From Candidatus Latescibacterota bacterium (GTDB taxonomy: Bacteria > Latescibacterota > UBA2968 > UBA8231), in the NCBI GenBank assembly GCA_965242865.1, contig CBDETK010000013.1, positions 2,656,001-2,720,000 of the forward strand: 64,000 nucleotides of DNA, in the 5' to 3' direction. A model generated the notes under the pieces. That model was not told where the DNA came from, did no database searches, and saw only the letters and a list, made by a program, of their open reading frames with translations. Both the position numbers and the translations under genes were made by a program. Positions 57,977-64,000 of the stretch are shown piece after piece. Position 1 is the first letter of the stretch; each line of letters begins with the position of its first letter.

Positions 57977-59896
57977 ATGCCCAACTCGCCTTTTAGCATC
58001 CGGGGTCTGCTAACCGGCGTAGCCCTCTCCCTAGCGGTTGGTCTGCTCGCTCCTTATGGGGTGGTGTTCAATTACTACTGGGTCGGCTTTAACCCCTCTT
58101 CGCCGGGGGCCCTCTTTCTCTTTTTCCTTCTGACCTTTGCCGTCAATGGGTTTGTGGCCCTGATCCACCGCCACTTTGCCCTGTCCAAGGCCGATCTCGT
58201 CCTGATTTACTGCATGCTGATGATGGCGGTCACGGTGCCGACTTGGGGCCTGATGTTCTTCCTCATTGGCACCATCGTCTATCCCTTCTACTACGCGACT
58301 CCAGAAAACAACTACGCCGAGCTGTTTTACGACTTTATCCCCTCGTGGATCGCGCCGCAGGACTTCGAGGCCATCAAGTATTACTACGAGGGCCTGCCGC
58401 AAGGCGAGTCCATCCCGTGGGGCGTCTGGGTGGCGCCGATGGCCTACTGGCTGGCCTTGATCGTGGCCATGAGCTTCATGCTGATCTGCCTGAGCACCAT
58501 CCTCCACCGCCAGTGGTCCGTGCACGAGCGGCTGACCTACCCCATGGTCCAACTGCCGCAGAACATGATTGAGAAGGACGCCCAGGTGCGCTTGGCTCCT
58601 TTCTTTAAGAACCAGCGGATGTGGCTGGGGTTTGCCGTGCCCTTCGTCCTGCTCAGTCTCAACGCCCTCAACCACTACTTCCCCTTCGTCCCCGAATACC
58701 ACCCCAGAGGCCGTTTTTCCCTGTTCAACCAGACCTTGCACCTGCCGATTGCGCTCAACTTGGCTTGGGTAGGCTTCTTCTACTTGGTCAATCTCGAGAT
58801 CGCGTTCAGCATCTGGTTCTTCTACGTGTTTTCCAAGGTGGAGGAAGGGGTGTTCAAAACGCTCGGCATTGCCAGCACCGAGCGTCTGAGCGCGTACGAG
58901 TACTCGCAACCCGCCGATCTGACCCATCAAGCCACCGGCGCGGTCATTGTGTTGGTGCTCTTCGGGCTGTGGACCGCCCGGCCCCATCTCAAAGCGGTTG
59001 GGCGCAAACTCTGGAACCCGCACGGCGGTGTTGACGACAGCGAGGAGTTGCTCGGCTATCGCACGGCCGTCTGCGGCTTTTTGGCCAGCTTGCTCTTTGT
59101 CGCCGCTTGGCTCTGGCGTTCGGGGGTGCCCATTGCGGTGCTCCCGATCTTGCTCGTCGTCAGCCTGCTGTTCTTCATCTTGGTCGCGCGCGTGGTGGCC
59201 ACCGGCGGCGTGGCCACCGCGCGCAGCCCCATTGTCCCGGCGTACTTCATCATTTCGGGGTTGGGCACTTCAGTGCTCGGGGCCAAGGGCTTGGTGGCCC
59301 TCAACTTCACCTTTGTTTGGCAGGGCGAATCGCGCACCTCACCGATGGTCGCCTGCGCCAATGGCCTCAAGCTCGCCGAACTGATCCCCGGCCCCAAGAC
59401 GCGGCTGTTTTGGGGCCTGATGCTGGCGCTGGTGTGCAGCCTTTTAGCCGCGGCTTACATGACGTTGGAACTGGCGTACACCTATGGAGCAATAAATCTA
59501 TCGCTGATCGATTGGGCCGGTGCCCACGGCTGGCCTTACATCGGCCCGACCATCCTCAACATGCCCGAGGCCAACATGCGCGGCTGGCTCTTCAAGGGAA
59601 TCGGCGCGGCCGTAGAGGGTTTTCTAATGTGGGCGCAGCATCGGTGGTTTTGGTGGCCCTTGCACCCGGTCGGCTTTGCCATTGCCGTGGGCTGGTTGAC
59701 GAGTCAAATCTGGTTCTCGGCACTGGTCGCTTGGTTTTTGAAACTGGTGATCGTCCGCTTTGGCGGCGTGCGCCTGTTCCAGAACGCCAAGCCGTTTTTT
59801 CTGGGGTTGATTTTGGGCGAGGTTTCCGTCTCAGGGGTATGGGGTGCGATCTACGCGCTGACCGCGGAAAAAGGACGCTGGTTGACGAACATGTAA
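57977..59896 (+). CDS. DUF6785/DUF6784-type polytopic membrane protein (putative transporter)
   Basis: YYATPEN, IPW..W, RQW..HERLTYP..QLP, WWPLHPVG, PFFLGLILG. Confidence 0.75.
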   Translation: MPNSPFSIRGLLTGVALSLAVGLLAPYGVVFNYYWVGFNPSSPGALFLFFLLTFAVNGFVALIHRHFALSKADLVLIYCMLMMAVTVPTWGLMFFLIGTIVYPFYYATPENNYAELFYDFIPSWIAPQDFEAIKYYYEGLPQGESIPWGVWVAPMAYWLALIVAMSFMLICLSTILHRQWSVHERLTYPMVQLPQNMIEKDAQVRLAPFFKNQRMWLGFAVPFVLLSLNALNHYFPFVPEYHPRGRFSLFNQTLHLPIALNLAWVGFFYLVNLEIAFSIWFFYVFSKVEEGVFKTLGIASTERLSAYEYSQPADLTHQATGAVIVLVLFGLWTARPHLKAVGRKLWNPHGGVDDSEELLGYRTAVCGFLASLLFVAAWLWRSGVPIAVLPILLVVSLLFFILVARVVATGGVATARSPIVPAYFIISGLGTSVLGAKGLVALNFTFVWQGESRTSPMVACANGLKLAELIPGPKTRLFWGLMLALVCSLLAAAYMTLELAYTYGAINLSLIDWAGAHGWPYIGPTILNMPEANMRGWLFKGIGAAVEGFLMWAQHRWFWWPLHPVGFAIAVGWLTSQIWFSALVAWFLKLVIVRFGGVRLFQNAKPFFLGLILGEVSVSGVWGAIYALTAEKGRWLTNM

Positions 59897-59948
59897 CGAA
59901 TCAACAGAGTTCTCTAACCTCTTAAAACTCAGCGAAGGGAGAAATGTT

Positions 59949-60578
59949 ATGCCGATGTTCAGAAGTGCGGACCAGTACCCCGATTGGTGCGAGTTGGAGC
60001 ACTTTGAGATCGTGCGGCTCAATGCAGGCGACGAACACTGCTTTACGCGCCGCGGAACGGTGGAGAAGCTGATTGTGGGCGCAGGGCGTTGCCGACTGCG
60101 AGTAGGGGCCGATGAGATCGAAGCCGCCCTAGGTGCTAATATAGACTTGGTCGGCCCAAGTTCTTTTGCGGTGTTGAAGGTAGAAGAGGAGGCTACGCTG
60201 GTGCGCTTTTGCGGACGCTGGGGGACAAAGACTGGCGGCTCGGGCGTCTTCAATGCAGACAACAGTCCTCAGCCCGAGGATAAGGGCGATCCGGTCTCGT
60301 ACGAAAAATGGACTAATTTCGATTGCCACTTTCACGACTGCGACGAGTATTGGGTCATCCTCGAGGGCGAGGCTCGCGCCGTTTCCGAAGGCAAGACGTA
60401 CGAGATGAAGCCGGGAGACTGCCTTGCCACGGGCATGGGACACCATCACGATCTGCCGTTGGTACACGCGCCCGTGCGGGGGGTGTACTTTGAGACGACC
60501 CTAGAAGGCCAGAAGCGGCGCGGGCATTTGTGGAACCACACCCACGGGCTGGCCGAACCTCAGCCCGAACGGGTGTAG
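59949..60578 (+). CDS. Cupin-domain protein
   Basis: HFHDCDEYW and HHHD cupin metal motifs. Confidence 0.85.
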   Translation: MPMFRSADQYPDWCELEHFEIVRLNAGDEHCFTRRGTVEKLIVGAGRCRLRVGADEIEAALGANIDLVGPSSFAVLKVEEEATLVRFCGRWGTKTGGSGVFNADNSPQPEDKGDPVSYEKWTNFDCHFHDCDEYWVILEGEARAVSEGKTYEMKPGDCLATGMGHHHDLPLVHAPVRGVYFETTLEGQKRRGHLWNHTHGLAEPQPERV

Positions 60579-60629
60579 TCGCCTGTGTTCGCTGCTGATT
60601 TTGGGTAGTGGGTCATTTAGCACGATCCG

Positions 60630-61178
60630 CTCCGCATCGCCAATCCCATTTACGCGGAAATCGTGCCGTGCGAACTGACCTATTCCACCCAATCTGGGCT
60701 CGTCCAAGACCCGGCTTGGTACATCCATGCCGATGGTCGCTTGGACGTGGTCAAACTGCTGACCGCGTTCCAGACGTTCTTCCGCGAACACTCCGAGCAT
60801 TGGGTCAAGCGATTCCAATATCAAGAGGCTGGTCCGCAGTTGCTGTTGCAGGCGTTTTTGCAACGGATCGTCAACAGCGGCGGGCGCATCGAGCACGAGT
60901 ATGGCTTAGGCCGGAAACGCACCGATCTGCTCCTCGTCTGGCCACAGGGCGAGCGCACGCACAAAATTGTGATCGAATGCAAAGTGCTCCACAAGAGCTT
61001 GGAGCAAACTATCGCCGAGGGGTTGGCGCAGACCGCCGAGTACATGGACCGTTGCGCGGCCGAGGCGGGTCATTTAGTGATTTTCGACCGGCGCGCAGGT
61101 CGGCGTTGGGAGGACAAGGTGTTTCGGGTTCGCCGAGTGTCGGACAGTGGGACGGAGATCGACATCTGGGGCATGTAA
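60630..61178 (+). pseudogene. Orphan 3' module paralogous to the C-terminus of the downstream ATPase-nuclease
   Basis: Highly similar to 62276-62824 (LRIANPIY...DIWG). No ATPase part and no credible start. Confidence 0.85.
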
Positions 61179-61249
61179 GGATGGCGGCGGAGAGACGGGG
61201 TACGCACGGGTCAATGACCGGAACAGACCATAAAGGGGAGACTCAAACC

Positions 61250-62824
61250 ATGCGCTTTTTCACTACCGCTGGCCCCATCAAGCCGGCCAGGCACTATTGC
61301 ATCCCGCCGTTGGAACGCTTGAACCTCGCCGCGGTACTCGCTCTCATTCGGGACGAAAAGTATTTCGTCCTGCACGCACCTCGGCAGACGGGCAAGACCT
61401 CTATCCTGCTGGCCTTGCGCGACCTGCTCAACGCCGAGGGCCTCTACCGTTGCGTGTACGTCAATGTCGAAGGGGGGCAAGCCGCCCGCGAGGATGTGGA
61501 ACAAGTGACGCGCACCATGCTGGGCGAGTTGGCCCTCCGAGCACTCTCGACGCTGGACGACGGGTTTCTCGACGCGAGTTGGCCCGACATCTTGACCAAG
61601 TACGGTCCGCACGCGGCCTTGCGTGCAGCGTTGACGCGCTGGGCCAAAGCCGATCCGAAACCGCTGGTGCTGCTCATCGACGAGATCGACGCGCTGATCG
61701 GCGACTCGCTCCTGTCCGTGTTGCGGCAGTTGCGGGCGGGCTATGACCTGCGGCCAGCAGGGTTTCCGCAAAGCGTGGTGCTGTGCGGGGTGCGCGACGT
61801 GCGCGATTACCGCATCCATTCTAGTTCGGCCAACGCGATTATCGCCGGAGGGAGCGCGTTCAACATCAAATCGCGCTCATTGCGCTTAGGCGACTTTTCG
61901 CAGGACGAGGTGCAAGCTCTGCTCGGCCAGCACACTGAAGAGACGGGTCAGGTATTCACGCCAGACGCACTGGAAACGATCTGGACGCAGACCCAAGGGC
62001 AGCCATGGTTGGTCAACGCCTTGGCCGATCAAACCTGCTTCCGCGATGACGCCGCTGACCGGCGCGAGCCAATCACGGCCACGGCCATCATCGCGGCGAA
62101 AGAGCACCTCATCCTGCGGTGCGAAACCCACCTCGACCAATTGGCGGACAAGCTCCAAGAAGAGCGCGTACGGCGCATCGTGGAGCCGCTGTTGAGCGGG
62201 GCTGAAAAGAGCGACTTCTCGGCCCGCGATCTCGAATACGTGCGCGATCTGGGTCTCGTGGCTCAAGACCGCCCCCTCCGCATCGCCAATCCGATCTACG
62301 CCGAGGTCATTCCCCGCGAACTGACCTGGGTGATCCAAGAGGAATTTAATCAGGACACGGCTTGGTACGTCCATGCCGACGGCCGCTTGGACGTGGTCAA
62401 ACTGCTGACCGCATTCCAGACGTTCTTCCGCGAACACTCCGAACATTGGGTCAAGCGGTTCCAGTATCAAGAGGCCGGTCCGCAGTTGCTGTTGCAGGCG
62501 TTTTTGCAACGGATCGTCAACAGCGGCGGGCGCATTGAGCGCGAGTATGGCTTGGGTCGGAAACGGACCGATCTGCTCCTCGTCTGGCCGCAGGGCGAGC
62601 GGGAGCGCAAGTTCGTGATCGAGTGCAAAGTGCTCCACAAGAGCTTGGAGCAGACTATCGCCGAGGGGTTGGCGCAGACCGCCGAATATATGGACCGTTG
62701 CGCGGCCGAGGCGGGTCATTTAGTGATTTTCGACCGGCGCGAGGGTCGGCGTTGGGAGGACAAGGTGTTTCGGGAGCGCCGAGCGTCGGATAGTGGGACG
62801 GAGATCGACATCTGGGGCTTATGA
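61250..62824 (+). CDS. AAA-like ATPase with C-terminal PD-(D/E)XK nuclease
   Basis: MRFFTTAGP, APRQTGKT, LIDEID, SAFNI, REYGLGRKRTDL...IECK. GGGGAG RBS. Confidence 0.88.
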   Translation: MRFFTTAGPIKPARHYCIPPLERLNLAAVLALIRDEKYFVLHAPRQTGKTSILLALRDLLNAEGLYRCVYVNVEGGQAAREDVEQVTRTMLGELALRALSTLDDGFLDASWPDILTKYGPHAALRAALTRWAKADPKPLVLLIDEIDALIGDSLLSVLRQLRAGYDLRPAGFPQSVVLCGVRDVRDYRIHSSSANAIIAGGSAFNIKSRSLRLGDFSQDEVQALLGQHTEETGQVFTPDALETIWTQTQGQPWLVNALADQTCFRDDAADRREPITATAIIAAKEHLILRCETHLDQLADKLQEERVRRIVEPLLSGAEKSDFSARDLEYVRDLGLVAQDRPLRIANPIYAEVIPRELTWVIQEEFNQDTAWYVHADGRLDVVKLLTAFQTFFREHSEHWVKRFQYQEAGPQLLLQAFLQRIVNSGGRIEREYGLGRKRTDLLLVWPQGERERKFVIECKVLHKSLEQTIAEGLAQTAEYMDRCAAEAGHLVIFDRREGRRWEDKVFRERRASDSGTEIDIWGL

Positions 62825-63093
62825 GGACAGCGGCGGTGGCAATGAACTGATGCAGGAGTTGACTTTCTTTTTTCCCTACCTAGCTTGACATAAGTCAAGC
62901 CCATGCAGACGCTGGCGGATATTCGCATGGATATTCTGGCATTGGCATGGGGAATCCCTGTCAGGTGCTTTCGAGTACCCAGAAAAACGCGAGGAGTTCC
63001 GCAAAGAATTGGAGGCTCTACAAAAAAACTTACTCAATTACAATCGCATGCTGGCAGAGATTGCTGGTGTAGAATAAAAACGTCCTAGGGAAT

Positions 63094-63876
63094 GTGGAGC
63101 TGAATGTCGTTTTTAGCAGTAGCGTCGCGCCCAATGCGACACTGCCTCTTGCTATCGACTTGGATGAGGCAGCGACGACAGCGGTCGTCGTGCTGGCGGA
63201 GTCCGAACTTGTGGGAGACTCTAAATGGATGGATTACGTTCACAATCTCGCCGAACACACCGAAGATAGCGGATTTGGCTCGCGGTTGTTCCCGATAATG
63301 ATGGAAGAGGCGGGCCTCAAGATGGAAATTGGCGAACAGGCCCTGCGCTGGGATCGTTGGGAAGGAACCGACGCAGAACGCGGCCAACGCCTCGTCCGGG
63401 AACTCGTGTATGAGTTCAGTCGGATGCTCCGGCGTTATCTCGCGCACCTCAGGCATCCAGAAGCAGACGACAAGGGCCTTGAGCACTACTTGGAGAAAGT
63501 GCAGATTTTTCTCAGCCATTCAAAACACGACAACGATGGGGAACGCATCGCCAAGAGTATTCGAGATTGGTTGCACCAGAACAGCGGGCTGTCGAGTTTT
63601 TTTGACATAATAGATATTCCCGCGGGTGTACGTTTTCAGGATGTCCTTTACCACCAAGTTAAGAGGAGCGTGGTCGTGGCTGTACATACTGATTCCTACT
63701 CGTCGCGTGAATGGTGTCGGCGCGAGATCATCGAAGCGAAACTCCAGAATGTTCCGATGATTGTGGTCAATTGTATGACGGATATTGACGAGCGCGGCTT
63801 TCCGTACATGGGCAATGTGCCCATCGTGCGGATGGCTCCGAATGAGACCTTGAGCCAGTGGCTCGCGGAGGTGTAG
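63094..63876 (+). CDS. TIR-domain protein, possibly truncated at both ends
   Basis: IFLSHSKHD, FFD..DIPAG, TDSYSSREWCRRE (catalytic Glu), GFPYMGNVP. Confidence 0.85.
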   Translation: MELNVVFSSSVAPNATLPLAIDLDEAATTAVVVLAESELVGDSKWMDYVHNLAEHTEDSGFGSRLFPIMMEEAGLKMEIGEQALRWDRWEGTDAERGQRLVRELVYEFSRMLRRYLAHLRHPEADDKGLEHYLEKVQIFLSHSKHDNDGERIAKSIRDWLHQNSGLSSFFDIIDIPAGVRFQDVLYHQVKRSVVVAVHTDSYSSREWCRREIIEAKLQNVPMIVVNCMTDIDERGFPYMGNVPIVRMAPNETLSQWLAEV

Positions 63877-63878
63877 CG

Positions 63879-64000
63879 ATGGCCTATATGCCAACGATTG
63901 CTGGCAACACAGTGGCAATCTCGATCTCGGAAAGCCCAGATATGTCGGTATTTGGGCTAAGCGACGCGCATCTGCGCGATGCCATGGATAGACTCGCGCT
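63879..64000 (+). CDS. Start of a SLOG-like (LD cluster 2) protein, cut by the window edge
   Basis: MAYMPTIAGNTVAISISESPDMSVFGLSDAHLRDAM. GGAGG RBS. Confidence 0.6.
   Translation, partial: MAYMPTIAGNTVAISISESPDMSVFGLSDAHLRDAMDRLA

Noticed and set aside
60608-61249. N-terminal 214-aa extension of the 738-aa ORF
   Set aside because: It is an off-frame reading of the orphan duplicate; the real start is the RBS-preceded ATG at 61250.
60630-62824. Duplicate as a DGR template/variable repeat pair
   Set aside because: Much longer than a typical TR, differences are mostly synonymous and not adenine-specific, and there is no reverse transcriptase in the window.

Overview
GC-rich bacterial chromosomal window. 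A lineage like Latescibacterota/Poribacteria is inferred, not proven, from a C-terminal SWGQVK motif, DUF6785-type and PmoA-family genes and sulfatase content. Housekeeping and catabolic blocks are a two-subunit RND pump, GT39, clpP, mutM, anSME, sulfatase, moeA, hemA-ccsA, an ECF sigma/anti-sigma/Spy cluster with three matching promoters, two CxxCH copper-monooxygenase-like proteins, an arylsulfotransferase, desaturase/PhyH/GH32/SDR genes and a DUF6785-type membrane protein. These are interrupted by lower-GC defence patches at about 11.06-26.03 kb, 30.1-32.3 kb, 48.9-50.1 kb and 60.6-64 kb. The patches hold intact genes (PD-(D/E)XK nucleases, AbiE, a RelE/ParE toxin, an ABC-ATPase, three AAA_14-DUF4143 genes, a TIR gene followed by a SLOG-like gene) and many short gene stubs and duplicated fragments. 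The best candidate for an undescribed system is a translationally coupled two-gene operon at 19119-22987 (HTH + PLD-like/VPA1262-like protein, plus a 719-aa helical protein) with its own operator palindrome. Also notable: a shared leader motif before the DUF4143 genes, a C10 tract frameshifting the arylsulfotransferase, and a TATAG-ended MITE-like repeat. No tRNA, rRNA, CRISPR array, integrase or transposase was recognised. Family assignments come from motif recognition only; no searches were run.
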